This document shows, piece by piece, positions 30,695-39,338 of a stretch of 64,000 nucleotides of DNA. The translations under genes and the position numbers were made by a program. The notes beneath the pieces were generated by a model. It saw only the letters and a list, made by a program, of their open reading frames with translations. It ran no database searches and had not been told where the DNA came from. Each line of letters starts with the position of its first letter. Position 1 is the first letter of the stretch. This stretch comes from a virus (Duplodnaviria > Caudoviricetes): IMG/VR virus record IMGVR_UViG_3300049846_001081; one strand, given 5' to 3'.

Positions 30695-31105
30695 ATGGCA
30701 ACTCGCTCACGCATCGGTCTTGAACTTGCTGATGGTTCTATTCTCTCCGCATATGCACACTGGGATGGTTATCCTGAGTGGATGGGTCGTATTCTTCGCA
30801 CTCATTACAATACCAAAGATAAAGTTGCTGAACTGATTGATGGTGGTGATATGAGTTCTCCTTGGACTAATGCTGGTTTCAATAATGAAACTGTTGAACA
30901 AGGTCCACTGTATTATTCTCAACGTGGTGATAATTGCCCTCCTCGCCTTGATGCTGATCTGTGTGAGTATCTTCTGCCCGATAACAGCGAAGAGTTTGCA
31001 TATGTCTTTAGCAGTGGTGAGTGGGTGTGCTATAATATGAATCAGTTTGATGATACCAAACTTCCCGAAGTTGTTGAGATTCCCTCTGGAGCACTTGCTG
31101 TATGA
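30695..31105 (+). CDS. Conserved phage hypothetical protein (TRS...HWDGYP family)
   Basis: MATRSRIG...YAHWDGYPEWMG motif, widespread in phages. Confidence 0.7.
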   Translation: MATRSRIGLELADGSILSAYAHWDGYPEWMGRILRTHYNTKDKVAELIDGGDMSSPWTNAGFNNETVEQGPLYYSQRGDNCPPRLDADLCEYLLPDNSEEFAYVFSSGEWVCYNMNQFDDTKLPEVVEIPSGALAV

Positions 31106-32783
31106 TTAGTAAGAAGTATATTATTACTGGACTAATTGGTTTTGCTGTCATTCTTGGGTGGAATGTATTTCTAATTCAGCGTGATGAGCGACTTTATGAT
31201 GCTTACTATCGTGCTAAAGCGATAGAGAACCTGAAAAGTCCTCCAAGCGATAAGATTCGGTGATTTACTTTCTTATTATTTCAGCAGGATTTGGATGGTG
31301 CTTTTTTGTACTGTTTTCTAAACACTTTGATTACCTAGACGATCGCAAACGCAAATGATTTCAAAACGTATCCGAGAACTGATTATGAAAGCTGAACGTG
31401 AAAAGATTGCCCGCGAATTTTGGGAGGAAATTGAGCGGGAAGCAGCAAAACTTGAAGTAACAGTTGACTATTACCTTGCAGAGTTTTACTGATGACTTTT
31501 ATTCTTGGAGTTGGAGTTGGTATTCTTTTAACTATCGGATACGCAATCTTATCAGTTGCATCTGATGCTGATGATGTGATTGACAATGAATACAAAAAAG
31601 ACTAAACTTAAGAGGTAAATTACACAAACAAATGGCACAAAAGTTTCTTTACATCGTTGATCATTATGTTCCTTTTCCTTCTTCTGAGTATGGTGGACTG
31701 TGGAATGTAATTGCAGAAGATGATGACGAATGTTTTGATTTGATTTCCGCAGAGGATAATGGTAATTTTTACGAAAAGTTTTATAGCAATCTGAGAGAAA
31801 ACATCCTCAATGCAAGAACTTATGCCCTTGCCGAAGATTTTGATTCTGTTGTTGTTGAGTCTTTTACCACTTGATGATTGACACCTCACTAAATCGCCTT
31901 GAGTTTAACCTCAAGGAACAGTATCAAGATCGTATCAACTATCTTCAACAAAAGATTACGGAGCAACAACATGAAATCTTGCGACTCCAAGAACAAATCA
32001 AATACATGTCAAAAGATAGATTTTACGATTGCTGAGTTTCCACACAAACCACCGAAAGATTATAGTTATGAGTTTGAAGAGTTCAAGCGTGGTGTGGTCT
32101 CTATTTGGTTGCGTTGTCATCGCAAGTTTGACTACAATAATGGTGCCACAACTCGCACCATTTGGGGATTCTACAAATCCAAAACTAGAGAATACTTTGC
32201 CCCAGTCAATAGTAAGACCATCGGTGCTTGTGTAAATATCAAAGACACGAGAAACTATACAGCGATGCCATTGAAACTATCACCTCTAGATGCTTTCTTT
32301 GTATGAACTACGAACCTCAAGTCAATGACTATGTTAAATGGACAAAAGGAGTTGAGGGGTGGGTATATTTCAAAGACAAAGAATACATTACCATTGAGTA
32401 TGTTGTTCGTCCTAAAGATGAAGTAAATCTTGAATGTTGTCCCATTCATAAAAACGAAAGATTACTTGTAGTTTGTTATGCCGAACAATGGAAAGAGTTA
32501 GAGTACATCAAGTCACGAAAATCAATCTATGAAGAAGAACAGAACATTTTGGCGATTGCTAGCTAAATCTCTTGGAGAAAAAGCAAGTAAATGTGACAAA
32601 GAGGCGGATAAGGTTGCTCTTATCCGTCTTTTGATGTTTCTATCCATTTTTATCACCAACTGTTTTATTGTTGCTAATGCAATAAGACATTGGAATGATA
32701 AACCAGTCATTCATCTAATTATTGATGGAAGTTATGTACCAAATGAATTGCCAAACCAAATAAATACTCAAAAAGTTCTGTAA
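31102..32783 (+). other. Small hypothetical CDSs (31102-31263, 31632-31874, 31874-32035, ~32030-32306, ~32303-32566, 32529-32783 and others)
   Basis: Tiled + strand ORFs. Confidence 0.6.
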
Positions 32784-32785
32784 AA

Positions 32786-32977
32786 ATGAAAACCTTTCAA
32801 CAGTTTATTGAGCAAACTCCAGCGATGCAATCTAATGAGTATAATAAACAGGTTGCACGTCAATCTGCACGTTGGAAAGGTATGCAAATCCGTCAAGCAC
32901 ATGGAGAAATGGAGCATGAAGCAGGTGCAGAACAATCTGCAAAGAAAGCAAGACTGAAAGCAATCATGTCTCGTTGA
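32786..32977 (+). CDS. Putative internal head protein with capsid-targeting-like N-terminus
   Basis: MKTFQQFIE (T4 CTS is MKTYQEFIAE); ATAAATA at 32760. Confidence 0.6.
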   Translation: MKTFQQFIEQTPAMQSNEYNKQVARQSARWKGMQIRQAHGEMEHEAGAEQSAKKARLKAIMSR

Positions 32978-33012
32978 ATTAAAGTTACTCACCTTCAAAG
33001 TGTTCTAGTAAT
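32977..33012 (+). repeat. 36-bp element R2
   Basis: AATTAAAGTTACTCACCTTCAAAGTGTTCTAGTAAT, then GTAAG. Confidence 0.95.
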
Positions 33013-33030
33013 GTAAGCAACAATCCTATT

Positions 33031-33168
33031 ATGGACTCTTTTGACGACATTCAAATTGAAGATTTCTCCTCTTTTGATTTCGTTGAGGAGATGAATGAAG
33101 GTCTCTTTGATGAGAAAGATGATGACAAATCTTTTCAAGCATTTCTTAACTCTAACTGGGATTTCTGA
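33031..33168 (+). CDS. Small acidic hypothetical protein (45 aa)
   Basis: MDSFDDIQIEDFSSFDFVEEM..., read manually. Confidence 0.6.
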   Translation: MDSFDDIQIEDFSSFDFVEEMNEGLFDEKDDDKSFQAFLNSNWDF

Positions 33169-33222
33169 CAGTTTCTAAACTGTCCACTAAATCACCCACA
33201 CGGTTCTTTTATCCTTTATCAT
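33167..33222 (+). promoter_or_regulatory. Palindromic site plus early promoter (likely leaderless transcript)
   Basis: GACAGTT-TCTA-AACTGTC-CAC; TATCAT at 33217-33222, then 6 nt, then ATG 33229. Confidence 0.65.
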
Positions 33223-33228
33223 ACTCAA

Positions 33229-33429
33229 ATGACTGAACAAATCCCTAACGTGCTTTCTCATATCAACGAACTGAAAGAAGCATGGCGCAAACAAGATTTT
33301 GTATTCACTAAACAACAACAAGAAGAATATGATTTACTTCTTGCCACTCGTCGTGAGCGTGTGAAGCAATTTTATGCTGAAGGACGTGTCTTTAAGGGTT
33401 CCTATAAAGCAAAGGAAGTTGAAATCTAA
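33229..33429 (+). CDS. Hypothetical protein
   Basis: 66-aa ORF directly behind the promoter. Confidence 0.7.
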   Translation: MTEQIPNVLSHINELKEAWRKQDFVFTKQQQEEYDLLLATRRERVKQFYAEGRVFKGSYKAKEVEI

Positions 33430-33455
33430 ATACTAAAAAGAGTGTTTAGATAACA

Positions 33456-34133
33456 ATGCGTACATTTCAGGAGTTTATGTCTCTTTGTGAAGCATCTGAT
33501 GCTGATACTGCCAGTCAACTTGGATGGGGTGGTGGTGCATCTATCACCCGCACAGGTGCTGGCGGTAGAATAGGGAAAGAACGCAAAAAGACTGCTCCTG
33601 AAGTTAGAAGAACCAAAGCAGTTGGTGGTGGTAAAACAGAACCTGTAGGACCATATAAAACACGCAAAGATGTTGGGCAACCACGTGGTTCTTCTGCACC
33701 AGCACCAGGAAGAGGTAAAGGTGCAACTGAACTAAAACCTGGCACTGCTGGAACTCAAGGTAGTGCCGCAATGTCTGCAAAAGAAAGACAACGTAAAGCA
33801 TACCTTGAGCGTAAAGCAAGAGAAGGTGGTAAAGCACAACCAAAAACTGCATCTCAAGCAATCTCTCAAGCAAAACCAACAGCAGAAAAACCAGCATCAA
33901 AACCACGCAGAAAGTGGGAACATGAAGGTGGTGGTGGTATGACCCGACAAGAAAGAGATAAAGCAAGGAATAAAGAGAAAACTGCAACAGCACAAAAGAC
34001 AAAGAAGTCTGCCACTGAGATTCTTGCACAAATGCGTAGAGAATACGAAGCAAATGGTGGAAAGTGGAGCAATGCTGTTGCTGTTCGTATGAGAGCAAAA
34101 GCAAAAGCGGTAGCACAAGCATCAGGAAGTTGA
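33456..34133 (+). CDS. Highly basic putative internal head protein with capsid-targeting-like N-terminus
   Basis: MRTFQEFMSLCEA start; K/R/G/A-rich; CTAAATA at 33427. Confidence 0.6.
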   Translation: MRTFQEFMSLCEASDADTASQLGWGGGASITRTGAGGRIGKERKKTAPEVRRTKAVGGGKTEPVGPYKTRKDVGQPRGSSAPAPGRGKGATELKPGTAGTQGSAAMSAKERQRKAYLERKAREGGKAQPKTASQAISQAKPTAEKPASKPRRKWEHEGGGGMTRQERDKARNKEKTATAQKTKKSATEILAQMRREYEANGGKWSNAVAVRMRAKAKAVAQASGS

Positions 34134-34137
34134 GATC

Positions 34138-34173
34138 AATTAAAGTTACTCACCTCCAAAGTGTCCTAGTAGT
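34138..34173 (+). repeat. 36-bp element R3
   Basis: Consensus copy immediately followed by ATG 34174. Confidence 0.95.
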
Positions 34174-34395
34174 ATGACTGATGCCTTCGCTATGGACCGA
34201 ATTGAAATCCAACGCAAACTCTATGATGCTCGCAATGAGTATCTAAAGGCAAAGAAGTCTATGGAGTTTTGGAAACGCGAAATCTCTTTCCTGAAAGAGT
34301 GTGAAGACAACCTCAAGAAAGGTCGCACTGGAGATTGGTTGTTCCGTGAAATGTTTGGCGATACTCCTATTGCTGAAGAAGTTTATGGTGGTTGA
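34174..34395 (+). CDS. Hypothetical protein
   Basis: Starts at the end of R3. Confidence 0.65.
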   Translation: MTDAFAMDRIEIQRKLYDARNEYLKAKKSMEFWKREISFLKECEDNLKKGRTGDWLFREMFGDTPIAEEVYGG

Positions 34396-34485
34396 TTAAC
34401 TGCCACCAGCACCCCTCCACAATCGCCAGGAAGGGTGCTATAATAGTCTTTAGATACCAAACCACCCGAAACTCTGTAATTCGTA

Positions 34486-35727
34486 ATGTTCTCTGATCTG
34501 ATTAAACTTCGCCCACATCAAGAACGCGGTGTTGTTGCTATGCAACAGCATGATAAAGGTCAGGTGATTGTTCCCACTGGTGGTGGCAAGACTCTCAAGA
34601 TGATCTACGATGCTCTGCGCGAGTTACAGTCTGAAACTCCTCAGACCATTGTTGTTGTTGCTCCTCGCATCTTGCTTGCTGAGCAACTCTCTAGCGAGTT
34701 CCTTGAGTTCATCACTAACGCTAAAGTTTTCCACGTTCACAGTGGCGAAACTCATCACGAATCTTCTACTCGCCCTCGTGAAATCCGTAACTGGGTTGAT
34801 GCCAACGCTGACAATCATAAACTGATTGTAACCACCTACAACTCTCTGTCGCGTCTTCAAGTGGCAGAGATTGATGTGGATACGATCTACTTTGATGAGG
34901 CACATAACTCTGTTCAGCGTCACTTTTTCCCTGCAACTGAGTATTTCTCTGCTAACGCACGACGTTCGTATTTTTTCACGGCAACCCCGAAACATTCCCT
35001 CGCTGTTGGCAAACCTGGGATGAATGATACTGCGGTTTATGGTCAGGTAATCTGCAAAGTTCCTGCTCCTGAACTTGTTGAAGGCGGATATATTGTGCCT
35101 CCTAAAGTTATCGTCAAGCAACTGCAGATGGTGCAGGGCAAGCAAACCAACTTTGACCGAGACTCTGAGAATCTGCTAGAAACCATTGATGACAACAAGG
35201 TTGGCAAGATTTTGGTTTGTGCTAAGGCAACGAAGCAGATTGTGTCTTTGGTGACTGAAACTGATTTCTGTTTCCAGTTGGAGTGCCGTGGTTACTCTTG
35301 GATGTATATCACTGCTAAGACTGGTGCTGTCATTGATGGCAAGAAAGTGAACCGAGAAGTATTCTTTGACACGCTATCTGCCTGGGGTAAGGATAACGAT
35401 AAGAAGTTCGTAGTTCTTCACCACTCCATCCTTGCTGAAGGTATCAACGTGTCTGGTCTGGAAGCAGTGCTGTTTCTTCGCAATATGGACTTCATTGGTA
35501 TCAGTCAGACGATTGGACGTTGCATCCGTCTGCATCACGATGATGCTAAAGGTTTGCGTGATGGGCGTATCCAACCTGGCAACCTGGAGCAGTATAGCAA
35601 ATCGTTCGGTCTTGTGTGTATCCCAGTGTACTCCAAGGTTGGTATTGCTACCGCTCGCAGTGTGCAGTCGGTTGTTGATACGATCTTTGAGAAGGGAGAA
35701 CCTGCCATCTCGGTGGTGAGGCGCTGA
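34486..35727 (+). CDS. Superfamily 2 DEAH helicase (ResIII-like)
   Basis: PTGGGKT (Walker A), FDEAH, FTATP, ILAEGINV, QTIGRCIR motifs; TATAAT at 34439. Confidence 0.9.
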   Translation: MFSDLIKLRPHQERGVVAMQQHDKGQVIVPTGGGKTLKMIYDALRELQSETPQTIVVVAPRILLAEQLSSEFLEFITNAKVFHVHSGETHHESSTRPREIRNWVDANADNHKLIVTTYNSLSRLQVAEIDVDTIYFDEAHNSVQRHFFPATEYFSANARRSYFFTATPKHSLAVGKPGMNDTAVYGQVICKVPAPELVEGGYIVPPKVIVKQLQMVQGKQTNFDRDSENLLETIDDNKVGKILVCAKATKQIVSLVTETDFCFQLECRGYSWMYITAKTGAVIDGKKVNREVFFDTLSAWGKDNDKKFVVLHHSILAEGINVSGLEAVLFLRNMDFIGISQTIGRCIRLHHDDAKGLRDGRIQPGNLEQYSKSFGLVCIPVYSKVGIATARSVQSVVDTIFEKGEPAISVVRR

Positions 35728-35751
35728 GTCTCATAGTAGACTCAAGTATTC

Positions 35752-35777
35752 ATCAGGGGTGAAACCCTGATTTTTTT
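35752..35777 (+). terminator. Rho-independent terminator
   Basis: ATCAGGG-GTGAAA-CCCTGAT plus a T run; preceded by the hairpin TGAGTCT-N6-AGACTCA (35725-35744). Confidence 0.75.
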
Positions 35778-35845
35778 GTAATTCTACCTGGAGGGTGTCA
35801 TAGGTCATCCACCGCAACAAAATTAACGATTTATTGGAAAGTGTA

Positions 35846-36022
35846 ATGAAAGAAGGATTTATTGTTGGCAAAGGTAATTACTCTGCGATTCCTTATGGTA
35901 ATCAACTGATGGTAATTCACAACGGTCAGCAACTCAAAGTGTGTAGGACTGAAGCATCTGCTAGGAAGTTCATTGATGACCATAAAAAGGGTAAACCATT
36001 GGGCAAACTTCCATTGAATTAA
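35846..36022 (+). CDS. Hypothetical protein
   Basis: ATG 35846; stop codon inside R4. Confidence 0.6.
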   Translation: MKEGFIVGKGNYSAIPYGNQLMVIHNGQQLKVCRTEASARKFIDDHKKGKPLGKLPLN

Positions 36023-36052
36023 AGTTACTCACCTCCAAAGTGTCCTAGTAGT
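36017..36052 (+). repeat. 36-bp element R4
   Basis: Consensus copy, then GTAAG. Confidence 0.95.
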
Positions 36053-36070
36053 GTAAGACGCATCTAATCT

Positions 36071-36316
36071 ATGCCTCGCACTCGCAAGCAAACCGCTAAT
36101 GTTGTTGCTGAAGTGAAAGTTCCTGAGGTTCTCATCACTCGCCAGCAATATATTCAAGACATTAAGGTTCGTTGGCAAATCCATCAATACGAAGTGAACA
36201 AACTTCGTGAAGATGTGAGCAAAGTTACTCAAACTGTTGCTCCCTATGTGAAAAACGCACTCGATTATGTTGTTACTCAGTTTCAACAAGTCCGTGCTAA
36301 GTATGCCACTAATTGA
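36071..36316 (+). CDS. Hypothetical protein
   Basis: 81 aa after R4. Confidence 0.7.
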   Translation: MPRTRKQTANVVAEVKVPEVLITRQQYIQDIKVRWQIHQYEVNKLREDVSKVTQTVAPYVKNALDYVVTQFQQVRAKYATN

Positions 36317-36327
36317 AGTGGAACTCT

Positions 36328-36349
36328 GGACTCTCTGAGTCCTTTTTTT
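36328..36349 (+). terminator. Rho-independent terminator
   Basis: GGACTC-TCT-GAGTCC plus T7. Confidence 0.65.
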
Positions 36350-36794
36350 ATTTGTATGAGTATCCTTCTTTTATGAACTGTTCTCTATAGTAATCTGCTA
36401 TTTTCTTAAACGATGATAAATCTGTTGATGCTCTAACATTATTAACACATTTTAGACACCAACAAAGATTATCTGGATGGTTTGCTTCATCAATCGTCAT
36501 TCCCATTATGAAACAAACTGCGAGTGGTATTTTGTGGTCTAATGATCTTTTTCTTGGGTCATTTGGATTGGGAAACTCTACTTCAGTATCCACAAATCTA
36601 ATCCCAGTATGATAGCAATAATCGTATTCTTTCAGAACTGGTTTAGCATCTTTTCTTAAATGTTTTACTTTTCCTATTCTTGTTCTGCTGTGTCTTTTTC
36701 TCACTTGATCTCCAGCAACTCTGATGTATTCTGTTAGTTCTATTTGAAACTTTGGTTGTTTGTATTCTATGCTGTTTCTTTCTATTAAGTTCAT
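36348..36794 (-). mobile_element. HNH endonuclease (probable homing endonuclease), antisense insertion
   Basis: SLDHKIP...NL.W.L..VN HNH pattern; exact TATAAATA late promoter on the minus strand at 36819-36826. Confidence 0.75.
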
Positions 36795-36830
36795 AAGATA
36801 GATGGTTTCCGTCTACTTTATTTATAAGAG

Positions 36831-36886
36831 GACAGTTGTAAAAGTGTCCACTATCTCTTGACTTTTGCCCCTTGGAATCCTATTAT
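36831..36886 (+). promoter_or_regulatory. Palindromic site plus sigma70 promoter (likely leaderless transcript)
   Basis: GACAGTT-GTAA-AAGTGTC-CAC; TTGACT(36858)-N17-TATTAT(36881), then 6 nt, then ATG 36893. Confidence 0.75.
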
Positions 36887-36892
36887 TTGATT

Positions 36893-37816
36893 ATGAACAA
36901 AACAACCACTAAAAACCTACACCTTGAGCACCCTGAAGATATGGTGCTGACTGGAAATCTTGAGGTTCTTGATTGGTTCTCTGAACCTGATAGTTTTATC
37001 TCTACAAAACTTGATGGAAGTCCTGCTATTGTTTGGGGCACAAATCCTCAGAATGGCAAGTTTTTTGTCTGCACCAAAGCAGCATTTAACAAGAAAAAGA
37101 TTCGTCTTTGCTATAACGAAGATGACATTTTCACTCATTTTGGTGGGCAACCGCGTGTAACGCAGATTCTCATTTTCTGCCTGGATTTCCTGCCTCGCAC
37201 TCAACAAGTGTTGCAAGGTGATTGGATTGGTTTCGGTGGTGGGTTGGATACATTTACTCCCAACACAATTACCTACAAGTTTCCTGCACCAGTTCGTCAG
37301 GATATTATCATCGCTCCGCACACAATCTACAGCGGTTCGGATGACATTCGTGAGATGACTGCTTCCCCTCTGAATAGCAAACTCATCAGCACTAAACATT
37401 GTCTTTTCGTGCAACCTGAAGTGGAACTGAATCCTTATCGCGAAGATTTGGAGGATGTGTGTAAGTTTGCCAAGCAAATGTCAACTCTGTGTGAGTTTGT
37501 GAGTGATCGTAAAGCATCACAAATCAAAAAAGAGATTAACGCTTGCATCCGTGAGCAAAAGGTCATTGATGAGGATGAAATTGCAGAAAAATGTGATTGT
37601 GACAAGAACCTGATCCGTTTGTGGAAGTTGGTAGCATCTATCAAGGATGATTTGTTCTTGTTCATTCACGAAAAGGATGATATTGATTGCTACATCAATG
37701 GCGAACAATCTTTCCACGAAGGTTATTGCATTTCTAACAAATACGGCATTTACAAAGTTGTTGATAGGGAAACTTTCTCACACGCTAACTTCACAATCGC
37801 TAAGAATTGGGGTTAA
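36893..37816 (+). CDS. Conserved phage protein (DUF6267-like) with ligase/nucleotidyltransferase-like KxDG motif
   Basis: NLHLEHPED N-terminal motif; STKLDGSPAIVWG; likely start at ATG 36893. Confidence 0.6.
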   Translation: MNKTTTKNLHLEHPEDMVLTGNLEVLDWFSEPDSFISTKLDGSPAIVWGTNPQNGKFFVCTKAAFNKKKIRLCYNEDDIFTHFGGQPRVTQILIFCLDFLPRTQQVLQGDWIGFGGGLDTFTPNTITYKFPAPVRQDIIIAPHTIYSGSDDIREMTASPLNSKLISTKHCLFVQPEVELNPYREDLEDVCKFAKQMSTLCEFVSDRKASQIKKEINACIREQKVIDEDEIAEKCDCDKNLIRLWKLVASIKDDLFLFIHEKDDIDCYINGEQSFHEGYCISNKYGIYKVVDRETFSHANFTIAKNWG

Positions 37817-37850
37817 TTGAAGTTACTCACCTTCAAAGTGTTCTAGTAGT
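37815..37850 (+). repeat. 36-bp element R5
   Basis: AATTGAAGTTACTCACCTTCAAAGTGTTCTAGTAGT, then ATG 37851. Confidence 0.95.
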
Positions 37851-38285
37851 ATGACAACCACAACTTTCGCTGAATACGCTTCCCAGCAAGAGGCACGTCA
37901 GAACATCGCTAACGCTGTTCTAGCACATACTTACGCATTGTGTGAAGCATTGCGTCAGAATTACATTGATTATAGTATCAAATCTCATCAACTTCGCACG
38001 TCTGATGTAGAGTATCATGATGCCTGTATTGCTAAACTCAAGCAAGGCATTTGTGATTATGATTTCTATCCTGAGACTGGTAGAAAGTATCACAAAATTA
38101 TTATGAACGCTGCAGGATCTCGCTCTGTCCATGCTTTTGTGGATAAAAAGACTGGTGAAGTGTATAAGTCTGCCAGTTGGAAGTCTCCTGCCAAAGGTGT
38201 TCGTTATGACCTGCGATTGATTGAGCAACGTGAATGGTTGTTGCAACATGCTGACTGGGCAGGTGGTTATTTGTACGCAAGGTGA
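37851..38285 (+). CDS. Conserved phage hypothetical protein
   Basis: KYHKI...SVHAFVDKKTGEVYKSASWKSPAKGVRY motif. Confidence 0.7.
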   Translation: MTTTTFAEYASQQEARQNIANAVLAHTYALCEALRQNYIDYSIKSHQLRTSDVEYHDACIAKLKQGICDYDFYPETGRKYHKIIMNAAGSRSVHAFVDKKTGEVYKSASWKSPAKGVRYDLRLIEQREWLLQHADWAGGYLYAR

Positions 38286-38736
38286 TGATTATGAATCAAG
38301 AGCAACTTATCCGTTCAATCAGTCAACAACTTGAAAATCTAATGTCCTTAGATGAAGAGTTGTCTGAAAAGTATGATGCGTATTGTTTCTACCCTGACAC
38401 TGATTATGAACCGATTGTAGAACGATTCACTCCCGAACTTCTCAAAGAACTTGAGAAACTTGTTTATCAACTTGAGACCGAATGACTTACTCTAACCTCT
38501 CAAAGATCCGTCCTAAACTTCGTACAACTGGGCGTGTGTCTGGTAACTTCGGACGCAACAAAGTATCAGCAGGATCATCACTCAATGACATTGGTGGTGA
38601 TGGTAACATAGGGGCAACACAAGATGAATACCTGAACCGATTGTATTATGCTTTTGATAACACTACCGAACCTAAACTTCGCCAGTTCATTTATTCGGAA
38701 ATCCGCAAAATCCACATTCAAAGAGGAACGTGGTAA
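38282..38736 (+). other. Hypothetical CDSs 38282-38485 and 38482-38736
   Basis: Tiled ORFs. Confidence 0.65.
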
Positions 38737-38741
38737 CAAAC

Positions 38742-38777
38742 AATTAAAGTTACTCACCTCCAAAGTGTTCTAGTGGT
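38742..38777 (+). repeat. 36-bp element R6
   Basis: AATTAAAGTTACTCACCTCCAAAGTGTTCTAGTGGT, then ATAAC. Confidence 0.95.
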
Positions 38778-38798
38778 ATAACCACTGAAATCCACCAA

Positions 38799-39338
38799 AT
38801 GTTTAATTCTATTTTTGAAGATGGATCTCTCCAAGATTACATCAATCAAAATGCACAAGATCCTTGGATTGGTACACCTTTCCAAGGTTATGTGTTTATG
38901 TCTCCCAAGCAAAAAGGTGAGTTTGGTGAGCGTTTCGTATCAAAGTTCTTTGAGAGTGTGTTGCTTTGTGATGTAAAACGTGCAAAAACTTCTACTGCTG
39001 GGCACGATCGTGTCATTGATGGTATTCTAACTGAAATTAAGTTTTCTCTTGCTACCCGTGACAAAAAGGGTGGCACAAAGAAAGATCAATTCATCATCAA
39101 TCATGTCTCAAAGGATAAGGATTGGGAGCGTCTTGTGTTCTTTGGTATCAATCAAGATGAGAAAGATTGTCGTTTGTTTTGGTTTAGCAAAGAGGATTTT
39201 CTGAGTCATCTTGAGTCTGATGATTGTCTGTTCGCATCACAGCAAGGTGGCAAATCTATCGGCAATGATGATTACATTTGCACAAAAGTTGATCGTCTGG
39301 TAGAATGTTCGTTTGTGAAGAGCATAACCGAATGGTGA
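38799..39338 (+). CDS. Putative PD-(D/E)xK restriction endonuclease
   Basis: KQKGEFGE...HDRVIDGILTEIKFS catalytic-like pattern; overlaps the methyltransferase start. Confidence 0.6.
   Translation: MFNSIFEDGSLQDYINQNAQDPWIGTPFQGYVFMSPKQKGEFGERFVSKFFESVLLCDVKRAKTSTAGHDRVIDGILTEIKFSLATRDKKGGTKKDQFIINHVSKDKDWERLVFFGINQDEKDCRLFWFSKEDFLSHLESDDCLFASQQGGKSIGNDDYICTKVDRLVECSFVKSITEW

Noticed and set aside
29999-32035. NblA or other photosynthesis-related auxiliary genes among the small helical ORFs
   Set aside because: No convincing NblA, Hli or PsbA motifs.
33515-37717. Long antisense ORFs (33604-34122, 34624-35145, 36917-37477)
   Set aside because: They lie fully opposite well-supported genes and are explained by stop-poor reverse frames of biased codon usage.
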